From NCBI GenBank assembly GCA_015061915.1, contig SUVR01000002.1, forward strand, positions 60,670 through 124,669: a stretch of DNA of 64,000 nt, in the 5' to 3' direction. The notes under the pieces are model-generated. The model was not told where the DNA came from. It worked only from the letters and a program-made list of their open reading frames with translations, and made no database searches. Each line of letters begins with the position of its first letter. Position 1 is the first letter of the stretch. Shown here in pieces: positions 9,634 through 18,297 of this stretch. The position numbers and the translations under genes are program-made. Origin of the DNA: Lentisphaerota bacterium (lineage in GTDB: Bacteria > Verrucomicrobiota > Lentisphaeria > Victivallales > UBA1829).

Positions 9634-10275
9634 TCAGTCAAACGAAACCGATTCCAGAAATCGCTCACCGAAAGCGTTAAGTTTATCGACTGCACTGCCC
9701 TTGCGTAACAGAAAATAATTCATATCAAACAGTTTTCCCGGATCATTCGGCATAAAAAACATATAGCCGCAGATCATCCATTCATCCCCTTTCGGACTTT
9801 TTCCGGTCAGACGGTATTCCACTGCAGGAATATCATCAAGGATCGTTGCAAAATTGATTGCAAACGATTCTGCATCCGGCGTATTGCGATATTTTCCCCG
9901 GCAGAAACCGGTCAGTGCAGACTGGTTACGCTCATTCGGCAGCAGCGCAGGGGGGATCACAGTTGACGATGCCATGGCATTCAGAACGCCCCCTTCCCAT
10001 ACCAGAGGATCAATACGCCAATCCGCATAATTTTTTGTATTCACCTGCACATAAACACGCAGCGGGTAAAGTCCGGAACGGGAGATCGTAAAACCATTGT
10101 AATGAACCGCAGAACGATTGGAAAGATCCAGATAATAGTTGCCACGCACATCGGCAATCAGCTCCTTTTGTGGTACTTCCGTGCCGGCTTCCGGAATCGT
10201 ATAGGCAGTTGAAAAACAACCTGTCAAAGTAAACATCAAAAAAGAGGAAAGAAAAAAGAAAGTCCCGGTTTTCAT
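9634..10275 (-). CDS. hypothetical lipoprotein
   Basis: The internal ATG at 10275 gives MKTGTFFFLSSFLMFTLTGC, a signal peptide with lipobox L-T-G-C. The longer track ORF (to 10371) adds an implausible N-terminus. No family recognised. Confidence 0.5.
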   Translation of the reverse strand: MKTGTFFFLSSFLMFTLTGCFSTAYTIPEAGTEVPQKELIADVRGNYYLDLSNRSAVHYNGFTISRSGLYPLRVYVQVNTKNYADWRIDPLVWEGGVLNAMASSTVIPPALLPNERNQSALTGFCRGKYRNTPDAESFAINFATILDDIPAVEYRLTGKSPKGDEWMICGYMFFMPNDPGKLFDMNYFLLRKGSAVDKLNAFGERFLESVSFD

Positions 10276-10375
10276 CTGCTGCATCTCCATCATTCGTTGA
10301 TCATTAGTGAAATATAGACGCAGAATCGTAAAAAACAAGTCGAAAAATAAAAATAAAGCAGATGAGAACAACCGT

Positions 10376-10507
10376 GCGGGACGTCAGACTACCGGAGCAA
10401 GGGGATCCTTGCTCCGGTGCTTTTTCTCCGGTGCGGCGGCAACTGCCGCACCGGAAAAAAAGCGGGCAGCGCAGGTTGCACCTGCGCTGCCCGGTCTGAC
10501 GTCCCGC
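10376..10507. repeat. closed three-hairpin palindromic intergenic element (copy 1), contains terminators
   Basis: Perfect 13-bp outer IR: 10376-10388 GCGGGACGTCAGA with 10495-10507 TCTGACGTCCCGC. It encloses three hairpins at 10391-10418, 10428-10454 and 10463-10493, separated by T5 and A7 tracts. The third hairpin plus the T-run on the minus strand is the terminator of the FrhB-like gene. Confidence 0.85.
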
Positions 10508-10520
10508 GTCAATCGGCGGA

Positions 10521-11753
10521 TCAGAAGTATTCTCTCAGGGGCATACCGCGGCGTTTACGCGCCTCGATCACCGGTCCGTTGCAGACCGGCTTACCCACAT
10601 TATGGATCTCGCAGAGGAATGCTTCGGCGTCTTCCGGGGTATCCTTCCAAAGCTTGACAGCCTTACCTTCGATAGCGGCATCAACGAACTGCTGACCGAT
10701 CTCACTGCGGACCACCACGGCGGAAACACCGTTCAGTGCAGCCTCAATACGGGGATCTGCTTTCTTCTGTTCGTCGGTATATTCATAGAGGAAGGAGGGA
10801 TGCAGCACCGGGTGATGCCAGGTATCGCCCACCACGATATCGCCGCAGCTGGCAACTTTTTCCAGACAGTAGCGACATTCTTCCGGCGTGAACTTGGCAA
10901 GCTGTCCCAGCAGGTTGTTCACGAACGGTGCAACGGCATCTTCGCCATTCTTCAGCTGCACCTTGAAGTCGCCGGGGAACGGGCGGGCGCGATAGGTCAC
11001 TTTACCAACATCTTCCAGTTTTGTTTTCAGACATTCGGTAATGAGCCATTCCGTACCGTGACGGGACCAGTGAGCGCCGCAGATATTACTGAGGACCAGC
11101 TTGATACGGCGTCCGAATTCTTCAAATTCGTTTCCCATCATCAATTTGCGGATCGCAATGGTATGGCAGGGAGTGGAAGTGATCGCCAGTTTTGTCAAAC
11201 CCTTGTCCAGCGCTTCCCGGAGACCGAGGAGCTGGGGATGGGGCTGATATTTGCTGCCGGCACCGGCAAGGACCTGTTCACGGGTCGTTGCGACAAATGC
11301 TTTTGCTTCGTAGGGGGTAGCGGGATCGAAGCCGGCGATCACGGCGCCATCGATCATCTTGTTTTCCAGAGCAAAGATCAGGAGTGCGGAGATAAAACCG
11401 CCGCTGACTGCTGCATTGTGGACTTCTTCATCCAGCGCATAGCCGGTATAGACATTGCGCCAGATCCCGGTGATGTCTTCTTTCGTACCTTTTTTTGCCG
11501 CTCTGCCGAAGAACTTTGTCTGGATCTCGGTCAGGGGAACTTTGTGTGCGGGGCAGACATTATGGCAGCGTTCGCAGTGTTCGTCGATACACTTGCCCAC
11601 CAGTTCCGGGTTGCGCCCCCAGGAATATTTTTTCAGTTCAATGGCATGACTCGGACACACCAGCTCGCAAGCACCACATTCCACACAGAGACCACTGTTG
11701 ATGCAGTTCTTCTTCAAGAGATCGAAACCTTCCTGCGACATTTTTTCCTCCAT
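10521..11753 (-). CDS. coenzyme F420 hydrogenase/dehydrogenase beta-subunit-like (FrhB family) iron-sulfur protein
   Basis: N-terminal 2x[4Fe-4S] ferredoxin motifs (CVECGACELVCP, CERCHNVCP) are followed by an FrhB/FdhB-like segment (AVSGGFISALLIFALENKMIDGAVIAG). Confidence 0.7.
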   Translation of the reverse strand: MEEKMSQEGFDLLKKNCINSGLCVECGACELVCPSHAIELKKYSWGRNPELVGKCIDEHCERCHNVCPAHKVPLTEIQTKFFGRAAKKGTKEDITGIWRNVYTGYALDEEVHNAAVSGGFISALLIFALENKMIDGAVIAGFDPATPYEAKAFVATTREQVLAGAGSKYQPHPQLLGLREALDKGLTKLAITSTPCHTIAIRKLMMGNEFEEFGRRIKLVLSNICGAHWSRHGTEWLITECLKTKLEDVGKVTYRARPFPGDFKVQLKNGEDAVAPFVNNLLGQLAKFTPEECRYCLEKVASCGDIVVGDTWHHPVLHPSFLYEYTDEQKKADPRIEAALNGVSAVVVRSEIGQQFVDAAIEGKAVKLWKDTPEDAEAFLCEIHNVGKPVCNGPVIEARKRRGMPLREYF

Positions 11754-11843
11754 CCGTTGGTTGATTTTTCAGGGTTTCTATGCTATATTACCACAGCTTT
11801 TAAACTTTTGCAATAGGATAAACGTGTCATTGCAAGGATATGT

Positions 11844-12722
11844 ATGGCAAACTTGAAAAAACAATGGATCTGTGAGCATTATTACAACCCGGCTCAACTG
11901 AATCTACGGGATGCGGATCACCTGTTTGGTATCCCCCGGCTCTGCGGTTATGAATGGAACCATATTTCATCCGGTTTCGCCATTGATTGTTCCAAACGGG
12001 GCGCCCGTCAGCGGGCATTGTTCAAGTATACCATCAGCGGCGCCGGAGAACTCACAGTGAATGGAAAAACAAGCCGGATAGAAGCAGGAACAGCATTTCT
12101 TTTAGCCGGTCAGCTGAACGAAAATTCCTGCAGCTACCGGATCGCACCGGGTGCGGATCACTGGGAGTTTCTCTTTCTCAGTTTTGATAAACCGGGCGCC
12201 ATTTCCATTGCAAAATCCATACTCCGTGAGAATGGGGGAAACATCTTTCACCCGGAACACGCACTGGGCGATGCCTGGCACCTGTTTGAAATCTTCAAAA
12301 CAGGAGAAATACAGGATAAATATGCGGTTTCCAGCTTGGGCTATGATTTTTTTATGCACCTTGCCGGAGATGCCGCAACAGGAGGAAATGATCTGCTTCA
12401 CCGGGTAGAAGCATACTGTTTTCAACATCTGGGCGAGCAGGTCACCGTGGAAGATCTGGCAAACTATTGCGGATACAGCCGCTGGCATTTTGCCAAGGCG
12501 TTCCACCAGATCGCAGGAATGCCGCCAAGCAAATTCATTATGGAACAGAAACTCACCAGCGCACTGCACATTTTACAGCACGAAGCGTTGACGGTCAAGG
12601 AAATTGCCGGACGGTGCGGTTTTGATGATCCCGGGCACTTCGGACGCCGTTTCAAACAGCGTTTCGGCGTCACCCCTGCCAACTTTGAACAAATTACCGG
12701 ACATGAAAGGATAAAACACTGA
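11844..12722 (+). CDS. AraC-family transcriptional regulator
   Basis: C-terminal double HTH (SRWHFAKAFHQIAGMPPSKF...VKEIAGRCGFDDPGHFGRRFKQRFGVTPANF) with a cupin-like N-terminal domain. Divergent from the FrhB-like gene. Confidence 0.85.
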   Translation: MANLKKQWICEHYYNPAQLNLRDADHLFGIPRLCGYEWNHISSGFAIDCSKRGARQRALFKYTISGAGELTVNGKTSRIEAGTAFLLAGQLNENSCSYRIAPGADHWEFLFLSFDKPGAISIAKSILRENGGNIFHPEHALGDAWHLFEIFKTGEIQDKYAVSSLGYDFFMHLAGDAATGGNDLLHRVEAYCFQHLGEQVTVEDLANYCGYSRWHFAKAFHQIAGMPPSKFIMEQKLTSALHILQHEALTVKEIAGRCGFDDPGHFGRRFKQRFGVTPANFEQITGHERIKH

Positions 12723-12723
12723 T

Positions 12724-13149
12724 ATGGACAACAACTTTTACAATCAACTGAGAGAATTTTTGAACACAAAAGATCACTTCTGCAAAGAAAACGGGATGCA
12801 GATCCTTTCCATCAGCGAAGGGTGCGCTGAAGCAGAAATGATCGTGACAGAACACCATCTGAACGGGATGCGATCCGTACAGGGCGGCGCCCTTTTTACC
12901 CTTGCCGATTTTGCGTGCGCCGCGGCGATCAATTCCTTCGGGATGGCAGCAGTCAGTATGTCCGCCAGTGTGTCTTTCATCCGACCGGGGATCAATATGA
13001 AACGCATGACCGCCGTTGCAAAGCTTGTCAACAAGGGCAAAACCACCGCTGTTCTGGATGTGGATGTCATCGGCGAAAACGGGAAGATCCTTCTTCATTC
13101 CATGATGACCGGACATCTTTCTGATAAACCGCTGAGCGATTTCTTCTGA
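12724..13149 (+). CDS. PaaI-family hotdog-fold thioesterase
   Basis: 141 aa with a motif typical of PaaI/4HBT thioesterases (NGMRSVQGGALFTLADFACAAAI). The start lies 2 nt after the AraC stop. Confidence 0.75.
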   Translation: MDNNFYNQLREFLNTKDHFCKENGMQILSISEGCAEAEMIVTEHHLNGMRSVQGGALFTLADFACAAAINSFGMAAVSMSASVSFIRPGINMKRMTAVAKLVNKGKTTAVLDVDVIGENGKILLHSMMTGHLSDKPLSDFF

Positions 13150-13176
13150 TCAACAGACTTCCCCGCAGGAACATAA

Positions 13177-13351
13177 GCCCCGCAACGGGGATGCCGCCGC
13201 TTTTGTTTTTTGTGCGCCACAGAGCGCTCAAAAAACAAAAAAACGCCCTGCATTAAAAAAGCGCACCTCCACTGGTGCGCTTTTTTAATGCAGGGCGGGC
13301 GCCGGTCGCGCTTTCAGCGCGAGCGGCTGCGGCATCCCCGTCTTGTGGGGC
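13177..13351. repeat. closed three-hairpin palindromic intergenic element (copy 2), contains bidirectional terminator
   Basis: Imperfect outer stem 13177-13200 with 13323-13351 (12-bp perfect core CGGGGATGCCGC/GCGGCATCCCCG). It encloses hairpins at 13201-13240, 13244-13297 and 13306-13322. The 13244-13297 hairpin has a perfect 24-bp stem whose inner part is A6-GCGCACC...GGTGCGC-T6. Confidence 0.85.
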
Positions 13352-14398
13352 TTACTGTTCCGGACTGACACCGGCACCGAAAGAATCGATGTTCTGCAGG
13401 TACACGCCGGTACCTCTGGCAACCGCCAGAAGGGGGTCTTCCGCCACAAAGCAGTTCAGATTCATTTCCTCGGCAATGAGTTTATCCAGTCCCTTCAGCA
13501 GTGCACCACCGCCGGCAAGGAAAATCCCGTGATCACTCAAGTCGCCGCAGAGTTCCGGCGGACAGCGTTCCAATGTTGTCCGGACAGCCTCCACAATGCT
13601 TGTGACCGGTTCCAGGAGCCAACTGCGCACTTCCCGTGAAGTGATCTTGACCACTTTCGGCAGACCGGAAACAAGGTCGCGTCCTTTGATTTCCATTTCC
13701 GTTTCGCCGTTTTCGTCCGGGTAAACATTACCGATAGTGATCTTGATATCTTCCGCAGTCCGTTCACCGATCATCAGGTTGTAAACCCGCTTTACATTGC
13801 TGATGATCGCAAGGTCCATTTCATCACCGCCGACACGTACGCTGCGGCTGTCCACGATCCCGGCAAGGGAGATAATTGCCACTTCCGTAGTTCCGCCGCC
13901 GATATCCACGATCATGCTGCCGACGGGATCTTCAACAGGCAATCCGATCCCGATCGCAGCAGCCATCGGTTCTTCCAGCAGGATAACTTCACTCGCACCG
14001 GCATGAGTTGCCGTATCCTGCACGGCGCTTGTTTCCACTTCCGTGATCCCGGTGGGAACAGCGATCACGATACGGGGCTTTGCCAGGCGGCGGCGGGGAG
14101 AAACATATTTTTTTGCTTTTTCGATAAAGTAGCGGAGCATATGGCGGGTGATATTGATGTCAGCGATCACCCCGTCTTTCATCGGGCGGATCGCAGCAAT
14201 CGATCCCGGCGTTCTGCCGAGCATCATTTTTGCATCGACCCCGACAGCCAACACGCCGCCGGTGACCTTATTGATCGCCACAACGGAGGGTTCAGAAAGA
14301 ACAACACCTCTGTCCTTCACATATACCAGGCAGTTTGCCGTCCCGAGGTCGATCCCGATGTCGCTGGAAAAAAATCTTGCAAGCTTTTGATGTAACAT
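13352..14398 (-). CDS. mreB: rod shape-determining protein MreB
   Basis: 348 aa. Actin-like ATPase motifs DIGIDLGTANCLVYV and DIGGGTTEVAIISL, with a typical MreB C-terminus. Confidence 0.95.
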   Translation of the reverse strand: MLHQKLARFFSSDIGIDLGTANCLVYVKDRGVVLSEPSVVAINKVTGGVLAVGVDAKMMLGRTPGSIAAIRPMKDGVIADINITRHMLRYFIEKAKKYVSPRRRLAKPRIVIAVPTGITEVETSAVQDTATHAGASEVILLEEPMAAAIGIGLPVEDPVGSMIVDIGGGTTEVAIISLAGIVDSRSVRVGGDEMDLAIISNVKRVYNLMIGERTAEDIKITIGNVYPDENGETEMEIKGRDLVSGLPKVVKITSREVRSWLLEPVTSIVEAVRTTLERCPPELCGDLSDHGIFLAGGGALLKGLDKLIAEEMNLNCFVAEDPLLAVARGTGVYLQNIDSFGAGVSPEQ

Positions 14399-14483
14399 TG
14401 TTTACCGCTCCACTCTACTGTTGTTTTTTTTATCTTCTTTCCTAATCTAACCCTTTTTCCGGGGATTGCAAACGTTTTTTCAA

Positions 14484-15752
14484 TTATTTTGCAAGATATT
14501 CGGGTACATGAGTATGGCGGACCATATCTTCAAAGGTTTCCCGATCCCGGATCAAAACGCTTTCGCCATTATTGACCAGCACTTCAGCGGCACGCAGTCT
14601 GCCATTGTATTGATAGCTCATACCGAAACCGTAAGCACCGGCATTTTCCACCACAACGATATCGCCTTCGCCCATATCGGCAGGCAATTCACGATCTTTT
14701 ACCCAGAAGTCCGTATTTTCGCACAGCTGACCGCAAAGACCGAGAGCGGTACGGGGATGATTTTCCTTGCCATCCACATAGATGTGATGGTAGGAACCAT
14801 ACATGGCAGGACGGCACAACACATTCATGCCGATATCCGTACCGATGATCTTTTTGTAGGATTCCTTGATGGCATGAACTTTGCCCACCAGATAACCGGC
14901 ATTGCCGACGAAGTAGCGGGCGGGTTCCATTTTGAGCTGGGGCGGCTTCAAGCCGTATTCTGCGCACTTTTCCTTGAACATTTTTGCAGTACCTTCCGCA
15001 GCGCGTTCCAGATCCAGCGCTTCTTCGCCGGGCTTGTACGGAATACCGAGTCCGCCGCCCAGGTCGATGAATTCAAAGTCGATCTGCAGTTCACGACCGA
15101 CTTTGCCGATGATGTCCATAAGCAGACCGGTAATGAACGGGAAATAGTCGGCATCCGTAATGCAGGAACCGGTCATCATGTGAGCGCCGAACCGTTTGAT
15201 CCCGGCATCTTTCGCCATTTTGTATGCCTTGAGAACATCATCCGGATGGATCCCGAATTTTGCGCCGGGACCGGCGTTGGTCACATATTCCCCCACATTG
15301 CTCTTGCCATAACCGGGATTGACACGGAAAGAAATCATTTCAGGCGTGCCGAATTTGAGAAGGCGGGGCAGGATGGAAATATCATCCAGATTGAAGATCA
15401 CGCCGCTTTCCAGTCCCTGCTGAATGTCCGCATCGGAAAGGAAGTTCCCGGAAAACATGACCTGTTCGCCGGAAAGTCCCACACTCTTCGCCAACAGGAT
15501 CTCGTTGACGCTGGCACAGTCTGCACCGGCACCTTCCTGACGGAGGATATTGACGATTGCCGGGTTGTTGCAGCACTTCACCGCATAGAAGAACTGGAAG
15601 TCGGGGTAGTGCTTTGCGAATGCCTGATAAGCGCGGCGGTAATTTGCGCGGATCTTCTGTTCATCATAAACATAAGTGGGGGTGCCGTAACGTTCAGCGA
15701 TCTCGGCAGCAGCAATACCGCCGATCATGATCTTTTCACCATCGAACTGCAT
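14484..15752 (-). CDS. lysA: diaminopimelate decarboxylase (Orn/DAP/Arg decarboxylase family 2)
   Basis: 422 aa. PLP-lysine region FFYAVKCCNNPAIV and a C-terminal NAGAYGFGMSYQYNGRLRAAEVLV typical of LysA. AGGAG lies 7 nt before the ATG. Confidence 0.8.
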   Translation of the reverse strand: MQFDGEKIMIGGIAAAEIAERYGTPTYVYDEQKIRANYRRAYQAFAKHYPDFQFFYAVKCCNNPAIVNILRQEGAGADCASVNEILLAKSVGLSGEQVMFSGNFLSDADIQQGLESGVIFNLDDISILPRLLKFGTPEMISFRVNPGYGKSNVGEYVTNAGPGAKFGIHPDDVLKAYKMAKDAGIKRFGAHMMTGSCITDADYFPFITGLLMDIIGKVGRELQIDFEFIDLGGGLGIPYKPGEEALDLERAAEGTAKMFKEKCAEYGLKPPQLKMEPARYFVGNAGYLVGKVHAIKESYKKIIGTDIGMNVLCRPAMYGSYHHIYVDGKENHPRTALGLCGQLCENTDFWVKDRELPADMGEGDIVVVENAGAYGFGMSYQYNGRLRAAEVLVNNGESVLIRDRETFEDMVRHTHVPEYLAK

Positions 15753-15852
15753 AAAATAACTCCTGAAAATTTGATTTGTTTCTGTTTTCTTTATAAACAG
15801 ATAATGTAAGCCGTTATCTGTGCAAAGTCAAATCAAAAGTGTATTTTTTCAC

Positions 15853-15883
15853 AAAAAAAGGCGTTACCCGTGAGGATAACGCC
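15853..15883 (-). terminator. intrinsic terminator of the PPIase gene
   Basis: On the minus strand, GGCGTTA...TAACGCC forms a hairpin followed by T7 (A-run 15853-15859 on the plus strand). Confidence 0.7.
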
Positions 15884-15904
15884 TTGAAATACCGGAGAAA
15901 AAGT

Positions 15905-17056
15905 TTATTTTGCGGCAGGTGCGGCAGGTTCCGCTTTGACATCCAGACCATAAACTTTGATCGGCAGAGCGGCGCGGAGCGCATCCAGTTCTTTTCCGAC
16001 TGCATTCTGGGCAAGAGCCTGCTTGATCTGAGCTTTGAGCGGATCATCCAGGGGAATATAGCTGGCAGGCGTTTTTTCCAGCAGCTTGATGATGTGATAC
16101 CCGAACATCGTCTTGACCGGAGCAGAAACATCACCAGCCTTTGCGATAGCGAATGCGGCTTTCGTAAAGTCAGGATCCATTCTTCCCTGACCGCCCATCA
16201 GCATGGAACCATCGCCGGTAAAGGCAGGCAGTTCACCCTTGCTCTGCTTGCCGGAGGGGCAGGAAGAAACATCGGCGGCAACAGCGGCGAAATCTTCCCC
16301 CTTCTTGAGGCGTTCCTGAACGGCTTTCACCTTCTGCTCTGCGGCAGCCCAGTTTTCTTTGGTGGCGCTCATCAGCTTCTGAGGATCATCCGTGGGCATA
16401 ATGAGAATATGAGCAACACGGACTGTTTCCGGCTGTTTGAATTCCGTTTCCTTGTTATCGTTGTAGAACTTCTGAACATCTGCATCAGAGATTTTTCCGA
16501 GAGCCTGCTTGAATTTATCGTCCATGAAGGAACCGATGGCAATATACTGGACCTGTGTTTCGTTCTTCAGACTTTCATCAATGAACTGTTCCAGCGTTTT
16601 CTTTTCCTGAGCAAGCTGCTGTTTGATCTGTTCCTGCTGTTCTTTGGGCAGTTCAGAAAAGTTCTTCATCAGTTTTGCTTTTGCCCAGACTTTATCAGCC
16701 TTGTAACCGGCTTTTTCTGCGAGATCAAGATAATATTCTTCATTGACCATGCTTTCGACCAGTCTGCGAAGCTGGATATTCCGGATATTTTCCGGCATCT
16801 GCCCCAGGATCGCAGCTGCACCTTCCATATCCTTCAAACGCCCGATCAATTCCGCCTTTGTGACTTTGTAAGTACCGGCTTCAGCCAGAACATCCGGCAG
16901 CGGAGCAAGGATCTGTTCGAGAGTGGGAGCAGGTTTTGCGGCGACGGGAGCAACAGCCGGAGCGGCAGGAGCGGCAGGAGCGTTCTGGGCAGGCATGATC
17001 GCAGCAGCGGAAAGAGCGGCTGCGGTCAACAGGATTTTTGTTGTGAGTTTCTTCAT
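15905..17056 (-). CDS. secreted SurA/PrsA-like peptidyl-prolyl cis-trans isomerase (parvulin type)
   Basis: Signal peptide MKKLTTKILLTAAALSAAAIMPAQ, a long helical chaperone-like region, and a PpiC domain ending ...VKTMFGYHIIKLLEK. The ATG at 17056 has an AAAGGTGA RBS. The track start at 17065 is a GTG. Confidence 0.8.
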   Translation of the reverse strand: MKKLTTKILLTAAALSAAAIMPAQNAPAAPAAPAVAPVAAKPAPTLEQILAPLPDVLAEAGTYKVTKAELIGRLKDMEGAAAILGQMPENIRNIQLRRLVESMVNEEYYLDLAEKAGYKADKVWAKAKLMKNFSELPKEQQEQIKQQLAQEKKTLEQFIDESLKNETQVQYIAIGSFMDDKFKQALGKISDADVQKFYNDNKETEFKQPETVRVAHILIMPTDDPQKLMSATKENWAAAEQKVKAVQERLKKGEDFAAVAADVSSCPSGKQSKGELPAFTGDGSMLMGGQGRMDPDFTKAAFAIAKAGDVSAPVKTMFGYHIIKLLEKTPASYIPLDDPLKAQIKQALAQNAVGKELDALRAALPIKVYGLDVKAEPAAPAAK

Positions 17057-17124
17057 ATTTTTCACCTTTCTTGTGTTTTTCGTTTCCGGGGACCCGTTTT
17101 TTTATGCTGTTAGACAGCGATTTT

Positions 17125-17853
17125 TCATTTTCCGGTCACCATATCCCGAACCATCGGTTCACTGAAGCCATCCAAAAATTGTGCAGCGATAAAGATCCGG
17201 AGCAATTCCGCCCGTTCTTTATCACCATTTTTTCCAGCTTCCAGTGCATCGAGCCAGGGCCAAACGGTTTTGCGGTCATTTTCGATCTTTTTCAGTTCAT
17301 CGGCAGCCCGGAGTTTACGCTTTGCGTAGTCCACAACAGCCTGGGAGCCGGGGAGATTTTTTGCCCGTTCCTGCAACTGTTCCGCATGATCACGGAGCGA
17401 TTCGGAGTCTTGAACCGGCGCCAGATTTGCGATCAGTTGATCGACTTCGTTCAGTCGCACAGTAAAATCCTTGAGCTGGATCCGGTCTTCCAGAGAATCG
17501 TGCTGCATCAGCATCGCTTTCATAAGAGCTTCTGCCTCTGCAAATTTTCCCTGATCCAGTAACTGTCGCAACTGAATGACATACATATTGGTAACGGTCT
17601 GACTTGCCATTCGCTCGATCAGAATGTTGGTACTGTCGATCTGACCGTACTTCCTGAGTTTCGGCAAAGCAGATTCATACTTCCTCTGTTCCAGTTCGGT
17701 CAGCGTTTCAAAGAGCAGATTGGACTGTTCTTTCGGTACATCCGGTGCTTTTTTTTCCGAACACGCAAGAGGACCCGCCCCCAACAGCAAACAACCGGCA
17801 GCGAGAGCAAGAATACGTGAAGAACATCTGATCAACAGAGAAAAATTTTTCAT
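17125..17853 (-). CDS. hypothetical helical lipoprotein
   Basis: 242 aa. The N-terminus ...RILALAAGCLLLGAGPLACSEKK looks like a signal peptide with lipobox-like cysteines. The rest is predicted helical. No family recognised. Confidence 0.5.
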   Translation of the reverse strand: MKNFSLLIRCSSRILALAAGCLLLGAGPLACSEKKAPDVPKEQSNLLFETLTELEQRKYESALPKLRKYGQIDSTNILIERMASQTVTNMYVIQLRQLLDQGKFAEAEALMKAMLMQHDSLEDRIQLKDFTVRLNEVDQLIANLAPVQDSESLRDHAEQLQERAKNLPGSQAVVDYAKRKLRAADELKKIENDRKTVWPWLDALEAGKNGDKERAELLRIFIAAQFLDGFSEPMVRDMVTGK

Positions 17854-18049
17854 ATCCTATAAAATCCTTATCCTAATAGAATAGCAGAAAAGGCGATTTT
17901 TTCAAATGGAAATTGTGAAATAGCGAAAAAAAAACATAAAAAATGTAAAAAAACACGTTCCGCTGTTGAAAAACAGAAAAAATGTGATACATTTTAAATC
18001 GTTAACGAATACAGACCGTAAAACAACTAAAATACAGGAGTACCATAAG

Positions 18050-18157
18050 ATGGGCAGACAGTACAACAAGTACGAAAAAAGAGCACGCCGTAAACACTAC
18101 CTTCAGCGCGTGAAAGAAAGAATCAAAGAAGCGATCAAGAATGCAAAAAAGAAATAA
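18050..18157 (+). CDS. small highly basic protein (35 aa), hypothetical
   Basis: The ATG at 18050 is preceded by ACAGGAG with 8-nt spacing. Product: MGRQYNKYEKRARRKHYLQRVKERIKEAIKNAKKK. An AT-rich promoter-like region lies upstream. The longer track ORF (start 17966) lacks an RBS. Confidence 0.4.
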   Translation: MGRQYNKYEKRARRKHYLQRVKERIKEAIKNAKKK

Positions 18158-18297
18158 TTGATCTTTTCACAAGCTTCCGGTTGCCGGCAAACGGTAACCG
18201 GCGGCGGTTGTTGTTTGTATGACCGCCGGAACGGGGCGGTTCGGAAGCGGATCGCCCCTTTACTCTTTAAAACAGGACATCATTCAAGGAGCCTGCT

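Noticed and set aside
10376-10507. Whether the four cloverleaf-like elements (also 13177-13351, 43822-43949 and 50172-50309) are tRNA, tmRNA or other known structured RNA genes
   Set aside because: They are 128-175 nt long. The arms are perfect DNA palindromes, equally foldable on both strands. A/T tracts separate the hairpins. There is no T-loop GTTCRANNC, D-loop or anticodon-loop geometry. They are better described as palindromic repeat or terminator elements.
10307-10657. Track ORFs running through the palindromic elements (10307-10657+, 10417-10695+, 13275-13532+, 43806-44333+, 50042-50344-, 50131-50388+)
   Set aside because: They are read through GC-rich hairpins and A/T tracts. They lack RBSs, overlap real genes, and have Ala/Arg/Pro-rich nonsense-like composition.
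15797-15820. Hairpin CAGATAA-tgtaagccg-TTATCTG upstream of lysA as a possible lysine riboswitch fragment
   Set aside because: The lysA upstream region is only about 150 bp and also has to hold the upstream gene's terminator. It is too short for an L-box (about 180 nt, five helices), and no conserved L-box core sequences were recognised.
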